Notes under the pieces: generated by a model | Databases searched by the model: none | The model's input: the letters and a program-made list of their open reading frames with translations, nothing else | What the model was told of the DNA's origin: nothing | Part shown: in pieces, positions 1 through 11,663 of the stretch | Layout: each line of letters starts with the position of its first letter | How positions within the stretch are numbered: position 1 is the stretch's first letter | Translations under genes and position numbers: made by a program | Virus record (IMG/VR): IMGVR_UViG_3300028832_000101 | Span: 1-49,379 of that record | Source: a virus | Lineage: Duplodnaviria > Heunggongvirae > Uroviricota > Caudoviricetes | Strand: one strand, 5' to 3' | DNA: 49,379 bases

Positions 1-115
1 CTTCAACTTTTTTAATTTCTTCATTTATTTTTAATTTTAGACTTGAATAAGTTATTTTTGCCATAACTAATTCCTCCTTTTCTCTCTTATATAAATTATA
101 ACATAAATTTTTTTA

Positions 116-1600
116 CTATGCAACTTTGTCTAAATTTAAACTTAATTCCATAGTAATATTTCTATTTCTAATATCATTGATAATCATTCGACTACGAGTT
201 TCGCCTTCTTTGTTACTAGTAGGATCAGTTTCTTTTTGATAATATCGATTATGAGCATTTTTTATATTATATTGATGCTTTTGAAGATCTGATGAAACAT
301 AACTTTGATCATCCTTCTCATTAGAAATTTTTTCCATGATTTCTGCAACATTATATACTTTATCATTAATTACCATAAATCATGCAAAATCATCTTTATC
401 AAGTGATCCCGCTAATGCTAATGGTAAAAATGCAGCATGGAAATAATCATACATATCTTGCATTGCATTTTGCGCATCTTTATTTAATTCTGCTGGTAGT
501 TTCATTTTTCTTCCAGGTTTAATAATTGCCATATTATAGTCTGCAAAAGCATTGTAAAATTGAACTAAAGGAACACTAATTTTTGCATTATCTAAAAAAT
601 TAGATAAAGTTGCATTTGATTTAATATGAATATTTGCAACATTATTTTTAACATTCGTTCTCTTTAATGTGATACCTGGAAGTCTAACAGAAATAAGTCC
701 TTCTGCTTGTCCATTTACCATTTTTGGAATATCACATTGAATAGAGATATCTTCAGTCTTTTTATTAAATATTGATGAACTTCCAGTACCTTCAGCTGAA
801 ACTACTAATTTCATATTTTTATCTATAACATTTATTTTATCCATGATATATTTAGGTAAATATTCTGCTAGCTTATCTTCAGATACGAAACCTACCATTC
901 TATTGATTATATTCCAAGTAGAAAATAAAAAAGCCTCAATAGTTTTACTCTGAGTTTCTTTTCCAAAAGATTTCATTCCTCCGCCTTCAATAGCTTGAAT
1001 TGCGGATAAATTTGCTAACATTTTATTTATTTCTCCTTGATGACTAGCAATAGCTCTACTATAAGAATTATCTACTTTAAAAGTAGTTCCATTATTTAAA
1101 TATGCATCTCTATAAGTCTTTTTAATAGCATCAATAGAAGTGTCTCCATTTAACATTTCTTGTGTTAATATAGGTAAAGGGTTTGTACTAAAAGTACCCC
1201 CTGTAATTTGCTCTAGTACTTCAGAAAAACGATTTACAATTTCTTGTAATTTTTGTACATCATATTCGGCGGAAGCTATATCTCCTCTTGAGACTCCCGC
1301 AGTTTCTATCGAATTAGCCATTTCTTGTGCAGCTTTACTAATCCCATCATTTTGAATATCACTTAATAATTTAAAAAATTCATCTTCACCTATTGTCTTT
1401 CCATTTATTTTTATTTTTTGTCGATAAATAGTATTTAATTTAGCTTTTAAATCTTTAAGAGATATTTCATATTGTTTTTTTACTCGGTCATGACTAAAAG
1501 TTTTCGCTAAATAAGCGGCATTATCACTTGGACTATCTCCATTACTTAAATGACTATATTGATAGTGAACATAATCTCCTAATGCACTCATTCTTATCAC
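116..1600 (-). CDS. Hypothetical tail-region protein, 494 aa with one TGA read as Trp
   Basis: ORFs 380..1600 and 116..376 are in frame across TGA at 380-382 (LDKDDFA-W-FMVIND); ends TAG. Confidence 0.8.
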
Positions 1601-1620
1601 CTATTTTCTTTTTCAAAAAT

Positions 1621-1648
1621 AAAAAAGGAGGCCAATTAAGGCCTCCTC
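1621..1648 (-). terminator. Intrinsic terminator after tail tube gene
   Basis: Minus strand GGAGGCC-TTAATT-GGCCTCC followed by a T run. Confidence 0.8.
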
Positions 1649-1686
1649 CATCCATTCAATCCCAAAGTTTTATATATTTATATTAA

Positions 1687-2574
1687 TTAGATTGATGATT
1701 CATCGTCACCAAGATGTTTCATTACTGATTCGATTTCTTTAGTAGCAGCTTCTGAGTCATCTATAACTTGCATTACACATAAAACTTTTTTAGTTTTATT
1801 GAAGTAAGTATATCCAGGGAATGCGTCCATAGTAAATGTAAATGTACTTGGATCTCCTGTAGCAGCCATAGAGAATGAGAAGTTAGATTGAATCTTAACA
1901 TTTGGTAATGTAATTTCTGCAGGTAAATCTTTTCCTGTAGCTTGGTCTCTGAATAATGTTGAAGCTTCAACATAGTAAGATCCAGCGAAGTTTTCTGCAT
2001 CAATTTGTAATTCTGCAGCATGGTTAGCTTTCTTAATGATATAGAAATCAACTAATACAGTTGCACCATTGTATTCACTTTCAATTCCTGTTAATGATTT
2101 TCCGTCAGCAGATACACTGAAGCCTTCAATTAATTCACCTTTAACAGATCCATCTTCTTCAGTTAATGCAGCAAAGATTGCAGCAGTAGAATCGATAGTT
2201 TCAGTTTCTCCTAATGAAGCACTTAAATCAATAGCTCCATTAATAACGATTGCAGATGAAGTTACATGAACGTGAACATCTTGTTCTGCATTGTTAAATA
2301 ATCCAGCACCTGATAATACTGAGAATCCAATTGGAGATAATAAAGCGTCTTCAACTGTGAAAGTTAAAGTCTTTTCACCTTCCCATGCGATTAAACGAGT
2401 ATTTCCTCTACCACCTGTAGCGTATACTGTTGTAGCAGCACCTTCAAGAGTAGATGTTTTAGCTGTATCAATATATAATACTGGTTGTCCAGCTTTGAAT
2501 GTAGAAGTTCCGATTTTTACATCAGATTTAGCTTTGAAAACTACATTACATATTTCTCTTACACCAAATTTCAT
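1687..2574 (-). CDS. Putative major tail tube protein, 295 aa
   Basis: Position after neck genes, own terminator, beta-rich sequence with GGRGN and GDPSTF motifs seen in siphophage-type tubes; no TGA. Confidence 0.6.
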   Translation of the reverse strand: MKFGVREICNVVFKAKSDVKIGTSTFKAGQPVLYIDTAKTSTLEGAATTVYATGGRGNTRLIAWEGEKTLTFTVEDALLSPIGFSVLSGAGLFNNAEQDVHVHVTSSAIVINGAIDLSASLGETETIDSTAAIFAALTEEDGSVKGELIEGFSVSADGKSLTGIESEYNGATVLVDFYIIKKANHAAELQIDAENFAGSYYVEASTLFRDQATGKDLPAEITLPNVKIQSNFSFSMAATGDPSTFTFTMDAFPGYTYFNKTKKVLCVMQVIDDSEAATKEIESVMKHLGDDESSI

Positions 2575-2662
2575 AGTATTTTCCTCCTTTATAGATATTA
2601 TTTTTTCCTTGTATCACTTAATAAGTTCTGCTTATTTGCTAAGAACTTATTTTAGAGTTTTA

Positions 2663-3424
2663 TTAAGAACTCTGGCTTCCATCAACATTAGAGTGAATAT
2701 CTTCCATCCAGTCGTCGACTTCTTGTAAATCCTTTGCTCCGGCAAGTTGTGCCTTCAAATGAATATCCCAATTAATTTTTAATTGGTATCTCTTAAATTC
2801 ATCAAATAATTGATAAATTGTATAATTAAGCAAAGTATTCATGTCTTTATTTTCTCCTACTGCAAGGACAGATACATATCGACTCAAAATAGCAATTTTC
2901 TGATTTTCTTTTCCCTGAGCCGCCAATTTTGCATGGCGATCTTTCAGTTTTTCTGCAATTTGTCTTGCTAATGACCCAGACGGATTATAATTAGAAGAAG
3001 TGTCGCCGCCTAGGCATAATATTTCATTCAATGATTTAACAAAAGCATCATAGTTATTTGAATTAAGTTCAAATTCCATTTCCTCTTGTTTAAATACTAT
3101 ACGTAATTTATCAGTATCTAATTGAATTTGATAAGTAGGAAATAATAGAGATAATACCATTAAAGCACAAGTTTTACTCTTTTGCATACTTGGATTTTTT
3201 TCTCTCATCATTGACATTATTATTTCAAAATTTCCTATGCTCTCTAAATGACTTCTGTCCTCTTCACTTAAATTATTTTTTGAAAATCGTAAAAATTCAC
3301 AACCGGAGAAGAAAGCCTCTTCTCCAATTAGTGCTATTTCTTTTATTGTTGGTGGATGTAATAATAAATTTATTTCTTCAATAGGGATATCGTTACCAGA
3401 TAATAAAATTAAATCATTTAACAT
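2663..3424 (-). CDS. Conserved-looking morphogenesis-region hypothetical protein, 253 aa
   Basis: Clean ORF coupled to upstream gene; function from position only. Confidence 0.7.
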   Translation of the reverse strand: MLNDLILLSGNDIPIEEINLLLHPPTIKEIALIGEEAFFSGCEFLRFSKNNLSEEDRSHLESIGNFEIIMSMMREKNPSMQKSKTCALMVLSLLFPTYQIQLDTDKLRIVFKQEEMEFELNSNNYDAFVKSLNEILCLGGDTSSNYNPSGSLARQIAEKLKDRHAKLAAQGKENQKIAILSRYVSVLAVGENKDMNTLLNYTIYQLFDEFKRYQLKINWDIHLKAQLAGAKDLQEVDDWMEDIHSNVDGSQSS

Positions 3425-4014
3425 TATTCTTCTTCATCATCTGGAATGCGGTCATCACTACCATGTACCGCTTTATATGTTAACGTATATCCAGATAAAA
3501 CTTCATCTAAAACTAATTCTTGACATCCGACAAAATTTAATGTTCCAATACCTGTTAATTTTGAATTATTTAATATTCCATCTATATAACCTGCAATTTT
3601 TAAAGGTCTAATTTGATAATTATCCATAGTCCAATAATCTGTATGACAAATTATATCAAAATGAATTACACAATCTCTAAATTGAGGATTAGTGTGATTA
3701 GGTGAGAAACTATCAAATGAAATAATAATATAAGATTTTACCTTTTCATGTTCAGGCATTGGTATTTTTGGCGCCAACTTAATATATCCATCTTTCATTA
3801 AAGTAGATAAAGTTGTTTCTTCAATTACCTTCTTATATTCTTCATTTGTTAAATTTGTTAAACAGTCCTTCATAGGAATTACTAATAATCTTAATAATTG
3901 TTTATTTTGGACTTGATGATCAAAGAATAGTTTTGTTAATATTCTTTCTATATCCTTTTCAATAGATAAGAATGATGAGTTTAGATCTGGTACTTCTATA
4001 ATATCTCTTTTCAT
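3424..4014 (-). CDS. Putative tail completion/neck protein, 196 aa
   Basis: Clean ORF with AAAGGAG RBS; function from position only. Confidence 0.5.
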   Translation of the reverse strand: MKRDIIEVPDLNSSFLSIEKDIERILTKLFFDHQVQNKQLLRLLVIPMKDCLTNLTNEEYKKVIEETTLSTLMKDGYIKLAPKIPMPEHEKVKSYIIISFDSFSPNHTNPQFRDCVIHFDIICHTDYWTMDNYQIRPLKIAGYIDGILNNSKLTGIGTLNFVGCQELVLDEVLSGYTLTYKAVHGSDDRIPDDEEE

Positions 4015-4035
4015 TTTATCTAGCTCCTTTTATCC

Positions 4036-5010
4036 CTATAAAGATGCTATCGTAATAGTTTTTACAATAATATCTTCATCATTAATTTTATATTTTAAAT
4101 CAAATTGTCCGCTTTTAGCAGATGTAATGATTATATTTATTTTTGATTCACTTTGTGATTCTATTTTCGCCTTTGATGTTTCTAAAATCCAGCTTCCGCC
4201 AGAAGCATTTTCAATTTCATATGAAACTTTATCAAAAGGATAAACAGTATCATATCCAACGATCGCGGCTGTTGTGTCATCAATAACTGGATTAACATCA
4301 GGTGTTTCCGCATCATCGGTAGTGTTTGTTACAGGGTCAAATTCATTTGTAAATGTTTCCTTTAGATAAACAATTAACATTGTATCTGAAGTTATATCAT
4401 TAACCATTTGAACTTCCCATACTCTATCTCGAATTTCAACTTTTTGAAATCTATGGAAGAATTTTTCTGTTGTTTCATCTTTAGTAACATATAAAACAAC
4501 TTCATATCCCATCTCACTCCAAGAATTAGTTTTCTTAGTATGCCATAGTTCGCCTTTTGTTCACTTACCAAGATAACCATAATAAGTATTGCCATCAATA
4601 ACAATTTCATCTTCAGCTTTTCTTATAGTTGCTCTGAAATAAGCATTTTCTTCCAAAATTTCTTGAATAACAATCCATCTAGTAGAAGTTTCTTTTCAAG
4701 TAAAGGTATCTCCTACCTTCATCCCGATTATTTCTTCTCCTTCATGGGTTTTATCATATATTTTTTTTCTATTTAAACATATATCTTTATATGGAATAGA
4801 TATAATTTTATCATCATAATCTTCTTTTAATTTATCATGATTAATTAAACATCTAAATTCTCTACCATCAGTTAGAATTGCAGTTTGCGCTTGATAAGAA
4901 TATAATAATGCTTTTTTAAGACTTCTTAATTTATCACTATTCATTCTTTCTTCTTGATTAGGGCCACCTGCATAATTTACTCGAGTTTTAAGATTATCTA
5001 GACTCGACAT
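4036..5010 (-). CDS. Putative head-tail joining protein, 324 aa with two TGA read as Trp
   Basis: 4696..5010 and 4036..4512 join in frame through TGA at 4696-4698 and 4561-4563 (GDTFT-W-KETSTRW; YLGK-W-TKGELW). Confidence 0.75.
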
Positions 5011-5314
5011 ATTTTTTTACCTTATTTAATAAGTTTAGACATTCAAAAATAGTTCTTCTAAAACTGAAGAAATCATCTTGTTCTAAACTCTTTAATCCTT
5101 CTAATTTACATAGTAGGCTCAGAATATCTGACCCTAGATTTTCATTGAATATGGCGGCCATCCCCGCAATCTCCTCAGTAATGGTTGCTAAAGGAGTCTC
5201 CCAATCAATTCCTTCTTCTCTGTTTGGTAGTAATTTATATGTTTGATTAATTAATCTTTTTAAATTAAAATCTATTACATTATTATCTATCTCTACATCA
5301 TATTTTGACATCAT
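4994..5314 (-). CDS. Hypothetical neck-region protein, 106 aa
   Basis: ORF overlapping both neighbours in operon. Confidence 0.7.
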   Translation of the reverse strand: MMSKYDVEIDNNVIDFNLKRLINQTYKLLPNREEGIDWETPLATITEEIAGMAAIFNENLGSDILSLLCKLEGLKSLEQDDFFSFRRTIFECLNLLNKVKKYVESR

Positions 5315-5868
5315 TATTTAGACCCTCTTTCTTTATAGGGCTTCATAATAATATCTAAAGTAGACTTAATATGACCAGTTTTATCAACTGTTCTTCTTTT
5401 ATATAATCTTTGTAAATGAAATCCTTCAACTGTATATTTATCTTTTAAAGCAGATAACTTTTGAATATGATTTGCTTGAGAAGTAAATTTAAAATCAGTA
5501 CCACTAAATTTCATTCTTGTATTTTCTATACTGGCTAATTGTTGCCCTATCCATTCTACTACCATATAGGTTGCTAATATATTAATTTCTTCCATTGAAA
5601 GTTGCGCATTAAAATAGCCAACTTCATATTCGTTGGCTTCATTAATATATCCTGTTTCATCAAGTTCCCCATGGATAATATCTTTCCCTAAAACATAATC
5701 AAATAAATTAACTCTAGGGAATTCAAATTTAGGAATACTAGAAATAAGAAGATCTTGTAATAATTTATAAGTATCTTCCTTAGTTAATTCCATATACATA
5801 TCATCTGTTATCTTTGATAAAAAATTTTCATATATACTAGAAAAAGGTGTTGTATTATTATCGTCCAT
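5314..5868 (-). CDS. Putative head-tail adaptor
   Basis: ATG after GGAGGTG RBS; helical protein two genes after capsid; function from position only. Confidence 0.5.
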   Translation of the reverse strand: MDDNNTTPFSSIYENFLSKITDDMYMELTKEDTYKLLQDLLISSIPKFEFPRVNLFDYVLGKDIIHGELDETGYINEANEYEVGYFNAQLSMEEINILATYMVVEWIGQQLASIENTRMKFSGTDFKFTSQANHIQKLSALKDKYTVEGFHLQRLYKRRTVDKTGHIKSTLDIIMKPYKERGSK

Positions 5869-5886
5869 ACTACACCTCCACATCTA

Positions 5887-6453
5887 TTATTTTATAATTA
5901 CATTTCTATATCTACTATTGCCGCTAGTAGTTGAATTTGTCTCATTAGCTGCCATAGGGGCACTTCTTCTAAGACTTGTAGCCGCATTAGTTTTAATAGA
6001 ATCATCTTCTTTTGATAATTCTATAGCATTGGTTACATTAAAATTAGTAGCCTTTTGGATTGCTTCTCTTTTAACACTACTATCTAATTTTAAGTCTACA
6101 GCCTCATTTTTAATTAATTCTTTTACTCCTGAAGGTCCAAACTCTAAAGCATCTTCTAGTTGATCTAAAGTGCCTTCTCTTAATAATTTATCTACAGTTT
6201 CTTTAGTATAGAAATATTCAGGTTCAACTTGTCCTAAAATTTCTTCTGCAGCCTCTTGGTCATTAATAATTAAATAATTTTTTAACATTTCTTTTCCACC
6301 TGGTGCCCAAGATAATTGTTCTAGTTCATCAAATGTAATTGTTTTTGTTTCTCCGGCAGTGAAACTTCTATGAATATGACTATCAGGAATAGTATATCCC
6401 ACAGAGCCTGTATCTCTATTAGTTACTTCAATAGGTTTATCTTTTGCTATCAT
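5887..6453 (-). CDS. Hypothetical protein after capsid gene, 188 aa
   Basis: Clean ORF with AAAAGGAGG RBS. Confidence 0.7.
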   Translation of the reverse strand: MIAKDKPIEVTNRDTGSVGYTIPDSHIHRSFTAGETKTITFDELEQLSWAPGGKEMLKNYLIINDQEAAEEILGQVEPEYFYTKETVDKLLREGTLDQLEDALEFGPSGVKELIKNEAVDLKLDSSVKREAIQKATNFNVTNAIELSKEDDSIKTNAATSLRRSAPMAANETNSTTSGNSRYRNVIIK

Positions 6454-6616
6454 GAGTATCCTCCTTTTATCTCCTTTTTATATCTTTCCTTATAAATAAT
6501 ATACAATAAATTTCACTTTTTTTCAAATTTTCCAACAAAAAACTAGGGAAGATTAATCATTATAATCAATCTTCAAAAGTTAATTATAATATTATTTCTT
6601 CCCTAATATTAATATA

Positions 6617-7648
6617 TTAAATTGAATCGTTAATTGTTAAACTTGTGTTTCTATATACACAGATGTTGTTAGTAATTAATGTAGCAACACCGAATTTTTT
6701 ATAAACTCTGAATTCTCTTGACCAATCTTGATTGTCAACTTCTTTAACAGCAGTAGGTCCTTCGAAAGCGATTTTAACTGGTTTATAATCTCCACCAGGA
6801 ATAATCCAAGCATAAGATGGATCGATAACTTTTTCAGTATTAGTTTCATCAGTATAAGATTGATCTAATACGATTACGTTATGTCCTTTATAGTTAGCTA
6901 AGTAACCATTGTTCCATCTTTGATCTTTCATAGCGTCAGATCTCCATCCTTCATTTGGAACCATAGTAGCTGCGAATTCATAAGTACAATAGATTGTAGC
7001 TTTTCCATAAGAATCTGCAACAGCAATTAATCTGTCCATTTCAGCTTCAATAAATTGAGTTTGTGAAGTTTTGTTAGCACCTTGTAATGTTTCAACAGAT
7101 GCGATTAAAGCTTTAGCGATTTCTTTATAAACTGCTTCATCTAAGCCTTCCATAACGATATCTACTAATTCAGCAAAGTCAGCTCTACCATCTAAGAATT
7201 CTTCGAATCCGATTTGAGCAGCTCCACCCCAAGCTTCAGTTGTTACGTCGATGTATTTTCCATCTAATTTGAATACTTCATAAACACCTGCTAAACCAAC
7301 TCTAGTAACAAATTGTTTTGCTCTTCTTTTAGCAGCTGTAGTAATTTTTTGAACGAATCTAGGTTTGTCTCCTTGAGCAAAAGTTTTAACTTCAGCAAAC
7401 ATACCATATTCTTCTAAAACTTTTTTAGGTAATACATCAGAAATTACTTCTTCAATTAATGCGAAGATAGTATTTTGATTTTCTCTATATAATGCATAGC
7501 TTCCTGCTAATTCATTTAATTCACTTCTTAAAGTTTCATTCATTGCTGAATAACTTAAAGTAGTGTCTCCATAAGAATAAGTTGAAGAAGGTTCTGCTTT
7601 AGCAACAGTTTTTGCTAATGTAATTAAATCAGTTTTATTTAATGCCAT
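6617..7648 (-). CDS. Major capsid protein, 343 aa
   Basis: Size, strongly biased codons, GAAGGAGG RBS, order portal-protease-decoration-capsid resembling SPbeta-like modules; no TGA. Confidence 0.75.
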   Translation of the reverse strand: MALNKTDLITLAKTVAKAEPSSTYSYGDTTLSYSAMNETLRSELNELAGSYALYRENQNTIFALIEEVISDVLPKKVLEEYGMFAEVKTFAQGDKPRFVQKITTAAKRRAKQFVTRVGLAGVYEVFKLDGKYIDVTTEAWGGAAQIGFEEFLDGRADFAELVDIVMEGLDEAVYKEIAKALIASVETLQGANKTSQTQFIEAEMDRLIAVADSYGKATIYCTYEFAATMVPNEGWRSDAMKDQRWNNGYLANYKGHNVIVLDQSYTDETNTEKVIDPSYAWIIPGGDYKPVKIAFEGPTAVKEVDNQDWSREFRVYKKFGVATLITNNICVYRNTSLTINDSI

Positions 7649-7668
7649 AATTATTTCTCCTCCTTCAA

Positions 7669-8178
7669 TTACGCGATTCTTTGAATCTTAACAGCTTCTT
7701 GTCCGTCAGCCATAGTATAAACTTTAGCTACTTTAAATTTAATATCACTGTTTGCGTCTTTCTCTAAATATCCATTATCATTAATTCCTAGAATATCTCC
7801 TGCGTCTAAGTCAGTTAAATCATCAATTTCAGTTTTTCCATCGATAGATGCTTTTTCTAACATATTAGTAGTGTAAATATCACCTACATTAGTTTTAAAT
7901 ACTCTTGGATAAATTTTTCCATCAGAACTGTCTGTAACTTTTTGAGCAAAGTCTTTATAAGTTTGATAGTTTTCATATAATTTTACTTCGTTGAATACTA
8001 ACATCCATTCTCCAGCACCAGTTTTGTTAACTTCGTTGTTAGCATAGTCATATTTAACGAATTCACCATTTTCTAAAGTCTTGATAGCTTCAGTAGCAGG
8101 TAATTGAGCGTAAATTTGACCAGTTCTTTGTGCAGATAAATGATTTGGTTCAACTTGTCCATATCCTAATCTTTTCAT
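7669..8178 (-). CDS. Putative capsid decoration/accessory head protein, 169 aa
   Basis: Between scaffold and capsid genes, biased codons, GAGGAGG RBS. Confidence 0.5.
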   Translation of the reverse strand: MKRLGYGQVEPNHLSAQRTGQIYAQLPATEAIKTLENGEFVKYDYANNEVNKTGAGEWMLVFNEVKLYENYQTYKDFAQKVTDSSDGKIYPRVFKTNVGDIYTTNMLEKASIDGKTEIDDLTDLDAGDILGINDNGYLEKDANSDIKFKVAKVYTMADGQEAVKIQRIA

Positions 8179-8195
8179 AGTCTTTCCTCCTCTAA

Positions 8196-9590
8196 TTATT
8201 GTATGCTATTTTGAGTGCTTATACAAGCAGAAACCCAAGCTGGTAACGCACTGCCATTATCAGCAATGTTATATGTAGTTACACTTGAATTTTCTTCTTC
8301 TATACTATTTTCATTTTTTGCCTTATCCTCTGAATCAAAATTAACCTTTTTTCTTACACAAATTACAGATAATTTTGCTTCAATTTCTTCAAGGCTATAG
8401 TTTGCAATATTTTCTCTAACTTCAGCTTTATCTTCGTCAGATAACATATAGAAACTATTTATTAAATCTTCTTTTTCTTTCATTTCAACTTGATTTTTAA
8501 ATTCTACTAATTCATTATATTTTTTTTCTAAATCAGCATATAAAGCTTGATAATCAACTGCAGCTTCTTCACTTTCAGTGATTTCTTCTTCAGCTGGTTC
8601 TTCAACTTCTATTTCTTCACTACTAGCGTCTTCTTCTTCAGAAGGAGTTTCTTCTTCTCCGTCTTCAGATTCTTCTTCTTCGCTAACTTCTTCAGCAGCT
8701 TCAGTTTCAATTTCTTCTTCTTCAGCTACAGGTTCTTCATCAGCTTCAAGAGTTTCTTCAACACTTTCTTCAATAGAAGTTTCTTCTGTTTCAATAGAAC
8801 TTTCTTCTACGATTTCTTCAGTTTCAGCAACTGGTTCTTCAGTAGTAACGATTTCTTCAGTAATTTCGTTATTTTCTATTTCCATGTCTTTTCCTCCTTC
8901 TAATGCGAATTTTAAATCTTGCATCATAGTAAATAATGTTGTTTTGAAATCATCATCAACTTTACTAAATGATGAACTTACTTTAGGAGCTGTAACACTA
9001 GCACCTTCAAAACAAGGTTCTACATCTTCTCCTAAGATACATAATTTTGAGAAAATTGCATCGTTGATAATAAAGAAATCCATTCCAGTTTGTGAATTAG
9101 TTGACCAATGTCCATCTAAGGTAGCTTGATCTAATTCCATAGATTGATTATTTCCTTTATCAATAACACGTTGAGCTTCTTCAAATTGACCTGTCCATAA
9201 ATAACCAGTAGTCATTAAATACTCTCTAGTTATTTCATTTCCAAACTCATCTGTATCTTTAAATTCTTGGAACCATACTTTAGCATCAGGAGAAACAAAA
9301 CCATAAGGTTTTGTTAAGCAATTAAATTTGATACCTTCATCATCAAAAATTACTTGTTCTCCATGATCTGCGAAGTCTTCTTTTTCTTCTTTATAGTATC
9401 CAACAATAGGAGCTCCTCTTAAAGTTTTTGCCATATCTGCGGCAACGTCTTTAGTAATGTAACTATGATTTCTATTTTCTCCTACATATAAAACTTTAAT
9501 TTCACATTTAGACATCAAAGGATTAATATCTAAAGGTTGTAAGTTTATAAATTCAGGAGAGCTAATTGTTGCAATAGATTGATGCATCAT
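8196..9590 (-). CDS. Prohead protease/scaffold fusion, 464 aa
   Basis: N-terminal domain with DFADHG, QSMEL and EPCFEGA motifs, then a very Glu-rich linker and helical C-terminus. Confidence 0.65.
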   Translation of the reverse strand: MMHQSIATISSPEFINLQPLDINPLMSKCEIKVLYVGENRNHSYITKDVAADMAKTLRGAPIVGYYKEEKEDFADHGEQVIFDDEGIKFNCLTKPYGFVSPDAKVWFQEFKDTDEFGNEITREYLMTTGYLWTGQFEEAQRVIDKGNNQSMELDQATLDGHWSTNSQTGMDFFIINDAIFSKLCILGEDVEPCFEGASVTAPKVSSSFSKVDDDFKTTLFTMMQDLKFALEGGKDMEIENNEITEEIVTTEEPVAETEEIVEESSIETEETSIEESVEETLEADEEPVAEEEEIETEAAEEVSEEEESEDGEEETPSEEEDASSEEIEVEEPAEEEITESEEAAVDYQALYADLEKKYNELVEFKNQVEMKEKEDLINSFYMLSDEDKAEVRENIANYSLEEIEAKLSVICVRKKVNFDSEDKAKNENSIEEENSSVTTYNIADNGSALPAWVSACISTQNSIQ

Positions 9591-9653
9591 AGTTTATTCC
9601 CCCTTGACTATATTAATATTAAATTTTCTTTAATAAAATTATTACTTTTTGTC

Positions 9654-11276
9654 CTAAGATTGAGATTCTTTATTTTGAATTGTTTTCTCAGCAACTTCTT
9701 TTCCTTGAGACTCATTTGTAGGTCTACCGGCTTCGTTGCCATCAGTATTTCCGGGATTATTTTTTGTTTCTTTATTTTGTTGATTTACTCTATTTAATAC
9801 ATCAGAGTTCATTGTACTAGACATCATTGGTGGTATAAATACATTAACTAAATCTAATACATCATTTTCGAAATATGCATTTGCAAGTATTGAACTTTGT
9901 GATTGACCAAGTGCAATTTGCGCAAGTAACTTACTATAACCAAGTTGCATTTGTTCCTTATACAATTTTGCCATTTCTTTATAATTGTAAATTGTAGTAG
10001 TCAATAATTGTATTCTATAATATACTTGTTTAGGTTTAGTATTAAATTTTTGAAGTAAATAATTTAAGAAATCTTGGAATTGTAATAATAAATTATACAT
10101 TGAAGATTCATCATTTAAAATTGATTTTTCAAGTGCTAAATTTCCATCTGTATTAAATTGCATTTGTGAAACACCTGCTTCATTATATACAGTTCTTTCA
10201 ACCTTTTTTAAATCATCTACTGTTGTTGTAGTATTTCTATCAGCCATATCCGCAACATCTACGTCTGCAAATGTTGTTAATACATCAATACCAATAGCTT
10301 TACCTAACATAGCAACTGCATTGTTATGCAATTGTTGAGCTTCATCAACATCAAAGACTAAATCTCCATTCTTGTCAACTGGCATTTTTTGGATTATAAT
10401 CTTTAATAATTTTTGAGCCATTTTCTTTCTGTCTAACTCTTGTGCTTCCGCTAAATCAATTATAGCAGGAATGACTGAAATTAAAGCTGGGAAATCTTCT
10501 CCATTAATATTAAATTTAATAGTCTTATCTATTTCTAATAAATACCAACTTGCAGAGTCTCCCGCAAAATCAGGAACTAATTTTCCTTCTTTATAAAGGA
10601 TATAACCTTTTTTAAATTCTTTAGGAAATAAATTTAATACTTTAACTCTTTGAGTAGCATCTTTAAAAGCATTATCAAAGTATCTCATATCAAATTCAAC
10701 TGCAGGTCTACCATTTACACTGAATCTGGAGCGACAGTATCTAACTGGAAGTTCTTGTATTTGAACCTTGTCTCCTTCATCAATTATGTAACCATAATAA
10801 CAACCATTTCTAATAACTTTTAATGCAACATCTCCAAAATATTCTTTAACTCCGAAATTATCAAAATAATTTAAGATTTTGTAAAAATTAGTTAATAATT
10901 TTTCATTTTTAACTTTTTCATCATTAATGTATGGAGTTACCATCCAGTCATATCTATACATATATGCTAAATATCTGCATAATCTATTATAGATACCGCT
11001 AACTCTATAAAAGAAATTAGAAACATCTCTCATTGTCTCTAAATCATTTTGAGCAATAGCTCTTAATACTGTTTCTTTATTTGCTAATCTTGGATCAATT
11101 CTTTTTAAAGGATTAATAGCATCTAAAGTAGCATCATTCAATGATTTTAAACCTACTTGAATTTTACTAAATTCCGTAGGAACATAAGATTCGTCATGGT
11201 TTATGGTGTCATTAGAAATCATACTAAAACCTTTTCGTTTTATTTCTTCCATTCTATTCTTTATCAAAGCCGACAC
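9654..11276 (-). CDS. Portal protein, 540 aa
   Basis: Size and position between terminase and protease. Confidence 0.7.
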   Translation of the reverse strand: MSALIKNRMEEIKRKGFSMISNDTINHDESYVPTEFSKIQVGLKSLNDATLDAINPLKRIDPRLANKETVLRAIAQNDLETMRDVSNFFYRVSGIYNRLCRYLAYMYRYDWMVTPYINDEKVKNEKLLTNFYKILNYFDNFGVKEYFGDVALKVIRNGCYYGYIIDEGDKVQIQELPVRYCRSRFSVNGRPAVEFDMRYFDNAFKDATQRVKVLNLFPKEFKKGYILYKEGKLVPDFAGDSASWYLLEIDKTIKFNINGEDFPALISVIPAIIDLAEAQELDRKKMAQKLLKIIIQKMPVDKNGDLVFDVDEAQQLHNNAVAMLGKAIGIDVLTTFADVDVADMADRNTTTTVDDLKKVERTVYNEAGVSQMQFNTDGNLALEKSILNDESSMYNLLLQFQDFLNYLLQKFNTKPKQVYYRIQLLTTTIYNYKEMAKLYKEQMQLGYSKLLAQIALGQSQSSILANAYFENDVLDLVNVFIPPMMSSTMNSDVLNRVNQQNKETKNNPGNTDGNEAGRPTNESQGKEVAEKTIQNKESQS

Positions 11277-11294
11277 CTTCCTTTACTATAATTA

Positions 11295-11663
11295 TTAAAT
11301 TCCTCCAAGAGAATAATATGCGTTCATAATATAATCATAATTTAATATTCCTTCATCTGTATAAGGAACTGCAATTAAAATAATATTATGTTTACGACAA
11401 TAATTTCTTTTTAGCATATCATTATATTGTTGTTTCTTTAATCCACTATTGCCGCCAAACTTACTTTTTGCAATATAATGTTGAATTCCTTGATATTCCA
11501 GTAGAAACATCAAATCACCTTCATCATCAAATACTGCAAAATCAAATCTTAGAGGTCTACCATTCGAACTATATAAATCTGGAAATGAATATTCTTCACT
11601 AAAATTTAAACCGGCTGATTGTAAAATTTCTTCAATTTTAATTTCTCCTCGACTTGCTCTCAT
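11295..11663 (-). CDS. PD-(D/E)XK / Vsr-DUF559-like endonuclease, 122 aa
   Basis: SRGE..I, LRFDFAV and EYQGIQHY motifs. Confidence 0.65.
   Translation of the reverse strand: MRASRGEIKIEEILQSAGLNFSEEYSFPDLYSSNGRPLRFDFAVFDDEGDLMFLLEYQGIQHYIAKSKFGGNSGLKKQQYNDMLKRNYCRKHNIILIAVPYTDEGILNYDYIMNAYYSLGGI

Noticed and set aside
8547-9129. Plus-strand Ser-rich and Phe-rich ORFs
   Set aside because: These are antisense shadows of the Glu-rich GAA-repeat scaffold linker.
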